NCBI GenBank assembly: GCA_951406725.2
Contig: OX597814.1
Location: forward strand, 141,608,001-141,672,000
Reading direction: 5' to 3'
From: Octopus vulgaris
Taxonomy: Eukaryota
DNA length: 64,000 nt
Shown here: in pieces, positions 1 to 14,839 of the stretch
How positions within the stretch are numbered: the first letter of the stretch is position 1
How the letters are laid out: every line of letters starts with the position of its first letter
Position numbers and translations under genes: made by a program
The notes under the pieces: generated by a model
Databases searched by the model: none
What the model saw: only the letters and a program-made list of their open reading frames with translations
Told to the model about the DNA's origin: nothing

Positions 1-1953
1 GCAGCAACTTTCCAGTGACACCAATATTGGACAGCTTTCTCAGAAGGATCTTATGATCAACCCTGTCAAAGGCCTTGCTGAAATCAAGGTAGATGACATC
101 AGTGTTGGAACCTTCTCCCAAGGCTCTCAAAATGTCATCAAAATGATGCAGTAGCTGCGTCAGGCAATCTCTCCCATTACGGAATCCATGCTGGTTGGGG
201 TTCAGCATATTATGCCTCTCAAGGAAGTGAGTCATACGCGATCTCAGCACCCTCTCAAATACCTTGATGATATGAGAGGTGAGTGAGATTGGACGGTAAT
301 TCACGGCAAGCGATTTGTTTCCTTTTTGAAAACTGGGACAACAGACTGGGATAGAAGGTCCTCTGGTATATATCCAGCATCCAGTGAGTTCCGCCACAGA
401 TTGGCTAGAGGGGGTGCAAGTTGGTTTTGACACATCTTCAAGACACAAGCAGGGAACCTATCGGGACCTACTGCTGAATTATGCTTCATTTCCTTTATTG
501 CTGCTAAGACATCAGGAGCGCCAAATGTTATGTCCGATAAAGTGTATTGGGGAGTAACATCACTGATACAGCCCAGATCAGTCATATCAGGATTGCTGAA
601 AACAGAGCAATATTGTTTCTGCAATATCTCTCCCATGGTTTTGGCATTGTCTTGAAGAGTACCATTTTCATCAATCAGAGGGCCAACAGTAGAACCAGTG
701 ACTCTGTGTTTTTTTGCAAATGAAAAGAACACTTTGGGATTGAGTTTGATCTTCTCAATGGCCCAGGCCTCTTCAGCTCTTCGCTGACTATTGATGATAG
801 ATATCATGTTGTTTTGGAGTTTATGTTTTTTAATCTCTAGCGACGAGATGGCAGTCAGGTTGGTGTGTTGCTGTTGACAGTATTTCAGCATGTTGATCTT
901 TTTGTTGATTCTTTTAATTTTCCTTATGAGAGATTTTCTATTTCTAGGGATTCGACACTTAGATTTGTTTGCAGATCTTAATGGGGTGTGTCTTGCACAT
1001 ATGTTCGTGATGATGTCTACAAGTGACTGCCAGGACTTTTTAATGTTAGTGGGTGTGTATGTGTGCGTGAAGGACCAATCGACTTGTGCAAGATCATTAT
1101 TGATCGCTTCCCAGTTTGCATTGTGGAAATCCATAGTGTCAAATGGATGAACAGGAGGGATGACATTTGTTTTGCATTTTGGCCAGTGAAATCTCAGATC
1201 ACAGAGAACCATGTCATGGTCGGAGAGTAGGGTTTTCTCCACTGCAATATTGTGGATAGTATCAGTGTGATTGCTGAAAATTAAGTCTAAGACGTTTTTG
1301 TGACATCTCGTTGGTTCGAGTACCAGTTGGGACAAGAAGAAGTCATCCATGAAGTCAAGAAGCGATTCCACTGCCTCCCTGTCAGGGGTTGAGAGAGAAG
1401 AACCTGGCGGCAGACTGTTTGTAGACCAGTCAACCCCGGGAAGGTTGAAGTCTCCCATCATTAAAATGTTGTCAGGTTGACACTGCTGAATGAAACACTT
1501 TATGCTGTTGAGGCATTCCTTTAAGCATGGTAGGGGCGTTTGGGGTGGTCTGTAGAGCCCAACTACTGTTAAGTTGTTGGTTTGACTGAATACAGCGACT
1601 GCTTCGCAGTATCCATTCGAAAATATGTTCATGGCTTCTGTTGAGAATGAATCATGGACATAAATGGCAGTCCCACCCTTTCTTCTGCCAGCACGATCAG
1701 CACGAATGGTTTTGAAATTTTTAACTTTCACCTCGGCTTCAAAGTGGAGGTCACTAAGATGGGTTTCAGTGAGGACGAAGAAAGGGATGTGGTTTGGATG
1801 GGCCTCGACCCAGTCCTCCAGGAATCTTATCTTCCATTTTTGTGTATTGGTGGAAGGGCTGATGCCTTGGGCATTAAGCAGAAATGTTGAGACGAGAGTG
1901 GATAGTTTTAATTGTTTTGGTGATTTGTTTATTTGATTGCTTTTTAATGGCAT
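1..1953 (-). CDS. LINE ORF2: APE endonuclease + reverse transcriptase, with one frameshift at about 323-327
   Basis: APE motifs LTETHL, GLYRPP, MGDFN, LDLIFSN, SDHDMV. After the T5 run at 323-327 another frame reads KGNKSLAVNYRPISLTSHIIKVFER...QHGFRNGRDC...IYLDFSKAFDRVDH, open to base 1. Confidence 0.93.
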
Positions 1954-2353
1954 GTGCAGTGGGGTATTTGTGGTGGATGGTGGTGGGTGATAGCTCGGAT
2001 GTTTTTTTCCAGTTCTTTTGCTAGATTCATCATAGCTAAAAAAGAGGAAGAAGAGGTGGTTTCCTGTCTAGGGAACCGCAGGTGACTGTGGCCGCGGCTA
2101 TTTTTATGTAAGTGGTTATCTTTAAATGTCCGACGAGTCCCCGGGAGATGGGTAAAGGGGCAATCCCTGTGCAGACACAATCTGTCTCGCTGGGAATAGC
2201 GGCAGATTTGGGGATTCCTTGTTTGAGATATTGGTGGTTGTGGTGGTGTTGTATTATGGTGGTTGCTGTTGTAGTTTGTGGGGATAGAGCGTTTTGTTCC
2301 AGGTAAATGGGTGAATTGGATAGAGCGTTTTGTTCCAGGTAAATGGGTGAATT
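1944..2353 (-). CDS. LINE ORF1 C-terminal part with CCCH zinc finger
   Basis: Open frame FTHLPGTKRS...PQICRYSQRDRLCLHRDCPFTHLPGTRRT (C-x8-C-x4-C-x3-H), ending just inside the ORF2 start. Confidence 0.7.
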
Positions 2354-2365
2354 TATATATATATA

Positions 2366-2738
2366 TCTTTTACGTGTTTCAATTATTGGACTGTAACCAT
2401 GCTGGGGCACCGCCTTGAAGCGTTATTCGAGCAAATCTACTTCGGTATTTTTTGTTGTTCAGTCTGCTGCTTATTCTCTTGACCCCTTTGGTCGAACCGC
2501 TAGGTTACGGGGATGTCATCAAACCACCATCAGTTGTCAAGTGGTGTGTCGGGAGGGGACACATGAAAAACACAAAGACATTGAAACGCAGGCAAATACA
2601 ATTTCCGTGAGCCAAATTCACTCACAAGACTATAGTCGGTCAGGGGCTATGGCAGAAGGCACTTGCCCAAAGTACCGCTAAGTGGGACTGAACCTGGAAC
2701 TGTATGGTTGGGAAGCAATCACCACACAGCCATGCCTA
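2366..2738 (-). mobile_element. tRNA-derived SINE family A, diverged copy
   Basis: Diverged matches to the family head (TGGCTGTGTGG...GGTTCAGTCCCAC) and tail (GCGGTGCTCCAGCATGG). Confidence 0.75.
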
Positions 2739-2902
2739 CTCGTACATACATACATACATACATACATACATACATACATACCGACATACCTACATACATA
2801 CATACATATTTATATATACTTATACATACATATATGTATGTACGTATATGTACGTATATGTGTGTGTGTGTGTTTATATATGTATATGTGTATATGTATA
2901 TA

Positions 2903-2992
<90 letters not shown>

Positions 2993-3298
2993 TACATATA
3001 CATATATGTATGTGTGTATATATACATACATACATATATATATATGACAGGTGTTTTATTTATTTTATTTTATAATTTCTAAAATGAATACAGAAATTTC
3101 TATAAGAACTGTGTTTTTTCCATTTCAATGAAAGTATAGAAACGCATTATTTCATTTAAAACATTTACCAGAATCAATAAATTTATCAGAATGTTATAAA
3201 GGCACACATCATAAAATATATAATATCATTTGAGAATTTTAAAATTATATGCATTCATGCAACGCTCTCTCTCTCTATATATATATCTATTTATCTAT

Positions 3299-3368
<70 letters not shown>

Positions 3369-3369
3369 G

Positions 3370-3438
<69 letters not shown>

Positions 3439-3552
3439 ATATATATATATATATGTTTGTGTGTATGGATGTGTGTATGTCTGTATGTATGTATATAAGT
3501 ATGTATATATATATATATGTATATATGTATAAATATATATGTATATGTATAC

Positions 3553-4257
<705 letters not shown>

Positions 4258-4264
4258 ATATGTG

Positions 4265-4750
<486 letters not shown>

Positions 4751-5032
4751 GTATATATATATATACATATATATACACATATACGAGGTCTGATCAATAA
4801 GTATTCGGACTGTTGTTAAATTAAATTTAAATGTTGAAGTGAATCTAACGGATTTGTGTGTTTCTTAAATGGCTTATAAACACCTTCCACGCTGCAATTG
4901 TTTTCCTTCCAGCACACGATCTCAGATCAAGTCACTCGCTATGCAAGTTCATCTCCGTAATATATTTATATCTGATAAGGTACCTCCAACATATATATAA
5001 ATAAGCGTTTGATTCTATCAATAGAATTTCAC

Positions 5033-6506
5033 TTTGGGAGATCCTAAAAAAGTTAGGATGCCCTGAAAAATTTATGAGACGGCTTAGACAATTTCATGGT
5101 AAGATGGAAGCGAGAGTTAATGTTGGAGGTACCTTATCAGGTCCAATTTCTGTAGAAAATGGTGTAAAGCAAGGTGATATTCCTGCTCCTAAACTATTTT
5201 CTATATATTTCGCAATAGTCTTTCAAATACCTTTTAAAGATTGCCCTGAAGGGGTCTATATAAGATATAGGGCAACAGGAAAACTGTTCAGTCTCAAAAG
5301 ACTCTGTGCTAAAACGAAAGTTCTACATTCTCACCTTGTTGAATTTCTGTATGCAGATGATTGTGACCTGTTGGCACATTCTCAGAAAGATATGCAGCAC
5401 ATGGTGAATGCGATCTGCAGTATGTGCTGCATTGGGTCGAACAATCAATCTAAAAAAACTTATAATGTACCTCCATGATGTATAGTCAAAGACCGTATTT
5501 AGATTTATTTATTTAGGAAGTACCTTGAGCACTGCTGGTCTTGAGGATGAAATTTCATACAGAATCAGCAGGGCTAGTAGTGCCTTTGGTAGGTCTGATA
5601 GGCGTCTATGGAAATAACATAATATATCTTCACAAATTAAAGTTAAGGTATATAACACATGCGTCCTCCCATCTTTACTATATGGAAGTGAGGCATGGAT
5701 TGTTTACCGTAGGCAGGTAAGGCAATAGGAACGATTTCATCAATACTGTCTGAGAGATATTCTGGGGATAAACTGGAAAATGGCCATTAGTAATGTGGAG
5801 GTGCTCGAGAGGAATGGAAGTAGAAATATATAGTCAATGATTTTACAAAGACGTTTGAGGTGGGTGGGGGACGATTGGTAAGGATGAGTGATGAGCGACT
5901 GCCCAAGCAGCTATTGTATGGTGAGCTGGAAGATGGCAGGAGACCAGCGCATAAGCCTAAACTAAGGTTTAAGGATTGCCTTAAAAATGCTCTAATACAG
6001 ACAGGAATTACAGCTGGTAATTGGGAGAAGGAGGCACAAGTGCATGATGGTTGTTCAAGGTTTGAGAGGGAGAGAGTGAAGTATGAGAGAATTAAGAGAG
6101 GGCTTAGAAGCGGGGAACCTGTGAAAAGTGAGTGTTGCTTTTTAAGTGTGTGGTTTGCGGGCGGAGGTGTTTGACACGTTCAGGCCTGGTGAGCCATCAA
6201 AATTCTCATAGAAATCGACCCATGATAAACAATGATTTGGCTATTAAAATTCATAACAGAACGTGTGTAAAATGTGGAACGGTGTACCTCTCAGTTAGAG
6301 GTCTAAAAAGACATGTTAAGAGAGTGCATATGGTGGCACCTGTTTCTCCTGCCTACCAGCCAGCACAGTTGTCTAGTAGGTAATAAAATGTGTAAAAGCT
6401 TGGCCGGGCTTAAAAGTCATAAGGGTATCACATGGCAACAATCATGATTCATTTCAGTAAGTCTTCTTGGCAATGGCTTCTCTCGTGTAACGAGAATGCA
6501 GCTGTG
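5033..6506 (+). mobile_element. RTE-clade LINE, 5'-truncated pseudogene (RT, thumb, C-terminal C2H2 fingers)
   Basis: GVKQGDIPAP, LYADD, RMSDERLPKQLLYGEL, CVVCGRRCLTRSGLVSHQNSH, CVKCGTVYLSVRGLKRHVKRVH; several stops and frameshifts. Confidence 0.9.
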
Positions 6507-6578
<72 letters not shown>

Positions 6579-6644
6579 TTGCATATATATACATATAGTT
6601 ATTCATATATTTATATGTATATACATATATATATACATAATAAT

Positions 6645-7075
6645 AATAAAGGGTAAAATTATAAATGATTTTTACCAAGTGGTCAGCGTGGAAATAAAAC
6701 CTCATTATATACATAATCATAACAAGGGCTTGGCTTGTGCCTCACCATTCACTGAAAAATAGACGTCATAAGACACTATTACCACCATAAATTCTCCGAG
6801 AAAAACACACTTCATTCTAGGTTGGTAGAAGAAAGAAAATTAATTAAGACTTTGGTTAACCGCGTACATGATCGTGTTTCGGCCTTAAAATAATAAAAAA
6901 ATTACCTTTTTGCCTTCATCAGCGTCGGTGTACCCAGGCATATAAATACGAGTGGCCAGAGATATGTAAGCGAGCTGCGTCTTCGCTTAGCTTATACCTG
7001 TCGAAACTCGCAGAGATATGCATATATAAGCGATGCCCTATTCTAAGCCCGAATCACATATAAATACATGTATTC
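6645..7075 (-). mobile_element. Non-coding Penelope pLTR-like element with hammerhead ribozyme
   Basis: Lies between TA arrays. Its 3' end resembles 25640-25712 and 25750-25850. Contains the HHR at 6858-6929. Confidence 0.7.
6858..6929 (-). ncRNA. Type I hammerhead ribozyme motif
   Basis: Minus strand ccgacg-CTGATGA-A-GGC...GCC-GAAAC-ACGATCAT-GTA-cgcgg; near-palindromic stem III, GUA site. Confidence 0.75.
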
Positions 7076-7179
<104 letters not shown>

Positions 7180-7814
7180 CACATATATATACACACTTAC
7201 ATATATCTGATATTTATAATATGGCATCGCTTATATATGCATACACTTTGCTATATATGTATATGTGTGTGTATACAAATATATGTATATATACGTATAT
7301 TCGTATGCATATATATTTATACAATTTATATACACATATATTCTTATACCTATATATGTGTGTATGTATGTATGTATGTATGTATGTATGTATGTATGTA
7401 TGTATGTATGTATGTGTGTGTGTATGTGTGTGTGTATCAAATAAAGGTAGGATAATAAAGTACCTATATTGAAACTTTTATATTCGAAAACAGGAAGGTT
7501 TTATTCCAAAATATTTATGACTGCGAAGATGTTGACAATAATATTCTATAAAATAAGCTGTTTTTGCTATTTCATATCTGATATTTTTTAATATGGCGTC
7601 TATTATTCATTTATTTATTATTTTTTTTTTTTTTTTGCTTTTTCGTTTTGTTTTCAACAAGTTGTTATAAATGCAGCCATTGTCAAGTAGAAATTATTAT
7701 TGAAAGCTTCCATATCTCTTCATCTCTAGATTTCTGCTTAGGGCAACAAAATCAAGCATTTCTGTGAAAAACACCGACAAGTAGAATTGGCTATTTACAT
7801 ATATGCCCGCATAA

Positions 7815-7848
<34 letters not shown>

Positions 7849-7862
7849 CATACATACATACA

Positions 7863-7896
<34 letters not shown>

Positions 7897-7902
7897 CATA
7901 CA

Positions 7903-7936
<34 letters not shown>

Positions 7937-8719
7937 CATACATGCATACATACTTACGTACATACATACATACATACAAACTTACGTACGTACATACATA
8001 CATACATACATACATACATACATACTTACGTACATACATACATACATACTCGCACACCACACACATATGTGTGTGTGTGTGTGTTATATTGCGTGCGTGT
8101 GTACGTATTATATACACAGATATGTAACATTCATACACATATCTAATATATTAATATAAAATATCAATATATGAAATGAATGTAATACATTAATATGATA
8201 TATATATACATACACAGTCATACATAAATACTTACATACATAAATACATACATGGGTAGATGCATACATAAATATATACATACATTTGTACATACATGAA
8301 TATATATATATATATATATATATACATACATACATGCATACACAAATGCATACATACGCAAACATACATACATGCATACATACAAACACATACATACACA
8401 TACATACTTACAAACATACCTACATACATATATACACACACATACACCTACACAAATATACTTATAGGCATATATGCACACATACATACATACATACATA
8501 CAAACATACCTACACACATATATATATATAATATGCACATACATATATATATACATGCCTACATACATACAAACATATCTACAGACATATATACATACAT
8601 GTATATACAGACATATATACATACATGTATATACAAACACATACATACATATATACACATACATACATACATACATACATACATACATACATACATAATA
8701 GCTGATAATCCCGTTTATA

Positions 8720-8800
8720 ATAACGCAAACAAGTTGAAAACTCGTTGTACTCAAGGACACTCCAAGTTGTTTTCTGAAAGAGTGGTTCACCGATCGATAC
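8720..8800 (+). mobile_element. Highly decayed CR1-type LINE 3' fragment
   Basis: TQGHSKLFSERVVHR resembles the TRGH...FFSxRVV C-terminal motif. Confidence 0.4.
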
Positions 8801-8968
8801 CGTTATTTTTTTTAATGTTATTGATCTTAGATATTATTATCACCTGTTAAGAACAAAACTATCACCATTTCGAATATTATGAAGTTTTAATGAAGGTGTA
8901 AAAAAAAAAAAGGAGACCCTGTAACATCGTGACATTCAATGAATTCAAATTCTTTTCCTCTTTCGATC

Positions 8969-8987
8969 GCTGCTGCTGCTGCTGCTG

Positions 8988-9039
<52 letters not shown>

Positions 9040-9420
9040 GTTGTTATTCATCATCATCATAGTCAAATATACCGTAATCGTGATTTCTTCTTTTTTTCTT
9101 CTCCTCCTCGTCGTCGTCGTTGTCATAGTTATCCTCCTCCTCTTCCTCCTTTTTCTCCTTCCTCCTCCTCCTCCTCATCATCATCATCATCACCATCACG
9201 AATATCGTCGTCGTTGGCGTTATCGCCATCGTAACCATCTTCTTCTTTTTCCTCTTTTTCGTCTTCTTCTTCTTCCTTCTTCTTCTCCTCTTCCTCCTCC
9301 TCCTGCTGCTGCTGCTGCTCCTCCTCCTCCTCCCCTATCCTCCCCCTCTTCCTCCTCTCCTCCTCCTCCTCCTCCTCCTCCTCCTTCTTCTTCTTCTTCT
9401 TCTTCTTCTTCTTCTTCTTC
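8969..9420. repeat. Compound trinucleotide microsatellite (GCT/ACT/TCA/CCT/TCT)
   Basis: Seen directly. Confidence 0.95.
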
Positions 9421-10309
9421 CCTATCCTTATTCTCCGCCACCACTTCTTCCGCTCGCCCCCACCTAATCGCCTCCTCTTAATCAGAAGACGAATATTCTG
9501 TCAAATCATTTGATACTCGAGTAATATAATTTTTTTTAAAAATTTAAATTTAAATTTTTTTAATTTAATTTCTTTATTTTTAGCTATTCCATGAAACCTT
9601 ATCTTCAGAGAGGCTGATCTCGGAATGATGTAACAACTGAAAAGAAAGAGGAAATGGTAAATGTTCGTTTCTGGTAATTAACTCACCTTAAAGGTGAACA
9701 AAGTACTTACCAGCAAAGCAAGATGTGTTGATGGCGGTTTTGGTGTTGGTGATGATAATGATAATGATGATGATGATGGTGGTGGTGGTGATGGTGGTGG
9801 TGGAGGAAGCGGAAGTTGTGATACTGGATCGATGGAAATTGGCGATAGATTTGGATGCAAATGGAAAGACAAAATTACACAAGTAAAAATAGAGAAGATA
9901 CAATTTAGATAAAATGATAGAATTACTCCACTCCAAGGAAAACTACTGGCGGTAATCGAAGTGAAAAAGTGAGGGCCCCTATAATGCTCTGTGATACTCA
10001 TTCTACTAGAAATAGCAGCAAAATCTCCTAGCGTGAATTACCGTGGGAGATTCAACGGAATCGTAGTGATTTAGTTGCCAGATACAGCAACTGTATTCCT
10101 CTAAAGTCATGCAATACGGTCTTAAAAATACAACTCATTGACCAGTGTTGTTGAAAATGAGTTCCCAGGACTTCATGTTTCTTCGAAAATATTTTTGGGT
10201 TTCAGAAAATAAAGAAATAATTTAATTAAAAAATAATAATTTATCTTGTAAAAGAAGTGGTACACAGATATCCTGCAAAGAATAACCTGGCTTATTGTCA
10301 TAGAGTTAC

Positions 10310-10600
10310 AGATACTTGCCCGTTCTTGCACACAAGCGCACTGTCTCCTCCCTCTGCTCTTTCTACCGCTGCTATAATGGCCTCTGCTCATCGGATCTGA
10401 TTGAGCTTGTGCCACCTCCACTCGGATATTACTTTTCCTCCCGCCTCCACTTTATCATCCTCGTCGTGTCCAACCCCCAAACCACTAATTACTACTCTCA
10501 GACCTTCCTTCCCAAAATATCGGCTCTTTGCAATTCCACCCCCACCCCGTTGCTCATATCTTCTGTAGATGTCGACATGTCATCAATCTCAATGAATAGA
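10310..10600 (+). mobile_element. Decayed CR1/L2-group LINE ORF2 C-terminus
   Basis: LAHKRTVSSLCSFYRCYNGLCSSDLIELVPPP...YSQTFLPKISALCNS resembles the HRRxVxSLxLFYRY...SFxPRxxxLWNSLP terminus. Confidence 0.7.
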
Positions 10601-10882
10601 AGCGTCTCTGAATGGCGGGAGATATGAGTTCGTTCCCTACAGGAAACTTTCGAACTTTTCCATTCAAAACTGTTTCTCAACCCAATATTTACATGCTGTC
10701 GTTTATAGCTTTATGTATGCGCTTCGAGATATTCCAAGAAAGTTTATAAAATTCTTATGTTGTCAACAATACATGCTTACTCAGACACACGCACTCGCAC
10801 CCACACATTCGTAAGTACGTGCATAGGTACATGTATGTATGTACTTCTGTATGCAATGCATGTATACACACACACACATATA

Positions 10883-10964
<82 letters not shown>

Positions 10965-10975
10965 TATGTATAATA

Positions 10976-11312
10976 TTGAATATGGCGGAGTCAACAAAAA
11001 GGAGTACGGTTGAACATTTATTAGCAATCACTAAAATTGTCTCTATGCAACGTAGTTCGCCAGGCTTGCAGGTATTTGGTTATGTAATCGTTTCCTTGCA
11101 TTATGAGATCTAGTTGTGTTTTCTCAGGCGATATGTAAATATTGTCTCCATAAGCTCAAATTCTCGGCTTCAAGAGCCATATTTTATATATCTCCCGAAT
11201 ATATATAACCAAATACTGGCAGGCCTGGAGAACTACGTTGCGTAGAAACAATTGTAGTGATTGCAAATAAATGTTCAACTGTACTGCCTCTTGTCGATTC
11301 CGCCTTATTCAG
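10976..11312. repeat. Fold-back element with ~108-bp diverged inverted arms
   Basis: 10976-11083 versus 11205-11312 (e.g. TGAACATTTATTAGCAATCACTA / TAGTGATTGCAAATAAATGTTCA). Confidence 0.85.
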
Positions 11313-11551
11313 TTAACTATTCACACACGACAGAAGCCCAAACGCAAATCTGGAAGTGCGTATACTACTGCTACTAGATAGCAGCGGGCAGAATCTGAAG
11401 GCGAACGAGCTTTATACTGTATTCTACTACATTCCTAACTGAATATAACATAACTATAGCTATATATATTCATATTCGGCAAATGAATTTATTGAATCAA
11501 TAATGAATATCATCAGAAGCTGAGCAATTGAGCAGACAACAAACTCACAAC

Positions 11552-11552
<1 letters not shown>

Positions 11553-11648
<96 letters not shown>
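11553..11648. repeat. (GAT)n microsatellite
   Basis: Seen directly. Confidence 0.97.
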
Positions 11649-11968
11649 CAACGACTAACTAACTCACGAACTAACTATCCATCCATCAGTCTAATGAACT
11701 CGTTAAACGACAGCTGAGAGTTCCGTAATTTCTTTCTGAAGAACCGAATAGATGATTTGTTTATAGTGATCGAATATTTGTATTTACATAAGCTGACGAC
11801 CCCCCATCAAATTGACATTGCATGTGCAGGTACGCAAGTGTACCACACATTAGACCAACGTGAAATGAAGCGTTTTGCTCAAGAACAGAATGAGCCACCC
11901 AGTCTAGCGATCGTGAGTGTAATATCCTATCCATTAGGGCACGCGCCTTCAGTGATATGCATACATAC

Positions 11969-12025
<57 letters not shown>

Positions 12026-12119
12026 CAGCGGCAAAGATAGATAAACAATACCAGGTGTGATGAAGTGAAGGCATTCACGTAGAAAGTTGCGTATGCAATT
12101 ACACGATGTAATCAAGTCT

Positions 12120-12268
12120 TATGTTTACAGCTGTTTCGGATAATCGATCATTTGTGTAATAACTATGCGTATCATGAAATGAAATCCAATAACATTTCAG
12201 GTGTATGGACTGGCTGGAATTTTGAGAGACCTGTTGAATGAAATCATGATATTCTCATCAGAAAACAC
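12120..12268 (-). ncRNA. Putative hammerhead motif with ~115-nt stem II insertion
   Basis: CTGATGA (reverse complement of 12255-12261) ... GAAAC-AGCT-GTA (reverse complement of 12126-12137). Stem I is imperfect. Confidence 0.45.
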
Positions 12269-12969
12269 TGGCAAAAAGCATAGAGAACAGTGCTTAATGA
12301 AATTAGAAAGATAGAGAAGAGTAGGCGGGTATAATGATAAATATAAAAGTAGGCAAAAAAGAGAGGAGGGAGAAGGGTGGGTAACTAAGGAGGGAGTTAG
12401 TTATTATAAGACGTCTGTTAACAACACAAGAAATAAAATTTCGCTATAAAATTTAGAGCTAGCGAAAATGGTTATGCAGGCTAGATCAAGGTTAGCCCGA
12501 TATTTAAAAAATTTATTAGAGGGAGATGTGATTTAGCCAGTCGATTCCAGAAATGCATAGTAGGTGTATAGCAGACCATAAATTATAGCATGCCGGGGAC
12601 ATGTAAGAAGAAGTTAAAAAAAAAAAAGCAAAGACGAAAATTCTAAAAATGACGCTAACAAGGTATAGAGATGCGCATTGTAAAATGTGTTTGTCACATC
12701 AAGTATAAAGATTAGTTACGTGGTAGAGGTCGGCAAGAAATGTGACAGGGAGCTGGGAAGAGAGAGAGGAGAGAGGTAAACACCAACGTGCGTGTGCAAA
12801 GGACGATAATATCCCTGAACGTAGGAGTCTAGAGGTAGACGAATGTATAGGTGGAAGTATGTTAAAAATGAAGGAGTAGAGAGGAAAACAGGGGTTCAGT
12901 CAGAAGATAATGATTTATAGTAAAAGGAAAAAGTTTTGTAATAACGACGATTACGTTAGGTAATTACTG

Positions 12970-13340
12970 CAGAGAAGTGATTAAGGAGAATATGTGAGCA
13001 AAAGATCTTATGTATAGCCAGCTCTATGATGGAAGGGAAAGCATAGAAAGATCGTGGCTAAAGCACAGGGATAAGCTAAAAGCTAACCTGAAAGTGACAG
13101 ATTCCCGCGAAAACGTTTGTAAAAACAGTATGGAATCGTAACAAACGGACATTACCTTGCTATAAAGCTATAAAGAACAACAAATTGAGCCGTCTGGATC
13201 ATCTTAAAGAACTGAGCGCAAAGACAATGCTTCGAGCCAACATGCCAGCTGCTTCGTATCACAAATCTTTCTTGTGTTCAATCTGTGAACTTGTCTGCAA
13301 ATTGTAGACTGAATTACTGCCCAGTAAGAGACATAGGCAT
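12970..13340 (+). mobile_element. Decayed RTE LINE C-terminus
   Basis: LMYSQLYDG...WLKHRDKLKANLK...FLCSICELVCK, parallel to the RTE at 5860-6230. Confidence 0.6.
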
Positions 13341-14214
13341 CAGAGCAGACACAAAAGAAAATACACTGGGCCCTTTAGTGGATAATGTGACAATATAGCT
13401 CCTCCAACAATAGGGTTGAAAAATTTGTAGCTTTTTAACCAAGGAACAGGTAGGTCACTTCTGGTTGTATCCTACACCACACTATGTACGTTCATGGTTG
13501 TGACTTAGAAAAACCCATAATATAACAGTTATTTGCTATAAGATAAACGGTTCATATTTTTAAAGCATAGATAAATCATATGATATATAATCATTTATGT
13601 TTATGCATAATCCAAATGATAAGAAGAAGACAAAGGAAATTCTTTAACACATCTTAAATGATTCGTTACAATTGTTTCTGTACCAAATCTTATTTGCAAC
13701 GCCAGTTTACACAAAAATTAAAAGTGGAAATTTACGTAATGTTTACAGTTTTCGACATTAGAGAGGCACTTCATCAGACTTGCGTCAAAGGTGTGCTGTC
13801 ACATTTATGCATATATTTATATGCGCACGCACATGCACACACACATGTATATATGTGTGTATCTATCTGTCTATATATATACAACAATATAAGGAATGGC
13901 CCTAATAGGCAATTCGACTCACTAGAAAGAGCAGCCAAACTCAAACCGTTAAATAGTTGTAATTCTGAAATTGTTCACACATGGACACACACACTACATT
14001 CACACATACTCACAGACAAACACATACACACATATACACATACACACGCACGTACACACACAAACATATGTATATTTCTAGATAACTGTTGTCTCCTTTA
14101 TTCGGGATTACTACGGTTACATACTTTCTACGTCTGCTATCGCATCTTCTCCAATGAATTTGAAATTTATAAAACTCAGAGTTTGCCACAGGATGGTAAA
14201 ATTCCTAACATATA

Positions 14215-14376
14215 GGCGCAGGAGTGGCTGTGTGGTAAGTAGCTTGCTTACTAACCACATGGTTCTGGGTTCAGTCCCACTGCGTAGCACCTTGGGCAAG
14301 TGTCTTCTGGTATAGCCTAGGGCTGACCAAAGCCTTGTGAGTAGATTTGGTAGATGGAAACTGAAAGAAGCCCGTC

Positions 14377-14434
<58 letters not shown>

Positions 14435-14751
14435 GATATATACCTCTGTCCAGACATCATCATGATTGACCGCTAGTCACTAAATCTTTTTGTAAACTCT
14501 CTTTGTTTATTTTCTTGCGTTCCTTTCTGTTGAAGAGCGTAGATTCGAAACGTAAAAGACTTTCTCACCTTCCCGAGTGTTATACTAATACACGTGTTTG
14601 TTAGTTAGTTAGTTAATTTTTTGGCTCAAAAAGCAAAAAGCAAGGCCATGTAGGGGGACATGGAGTTATGTACAGAGTGGTGTTCATGTTTACACACCTG
14701 TCTTCGTCTTTTGTTTTTTGCTAATTCCAACTATATGTGTGTGTGTTTGTT

Positions 14752-14839
<88 letters not shown>

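Larger units (their letters stand above)
1..2353 (-). mobile_element. CR1/L2-group LINE, 5'-truncated within ORF1, continues beyond the left edge
   Basis: ORF1 remnant (1944-2353) overlaps ORF2 (APE endonuclease then RT). The 5' end abuts a TA run at 2354 with a 36-bp tandem duplication (2282-2317/2318-2353). Confidence 0.92.

Noticed and set aside
4820-4960. Possible 5S/snRNA-like segment
   Set aside because: Resemblance limited to a few bases; cannot be supported without a search.
8887-10001. Homopolymer-rich ORFs (poly-T/P/S/E/G)
   Set aside because: Compound trinucleotide repeats open in several frames on both strands, with no domain or convincing splice context.
13742-13785. Minus-strand CTGATGA...GAAA
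   Set aside because: Stems I and II pair poorly; too decayed to call.
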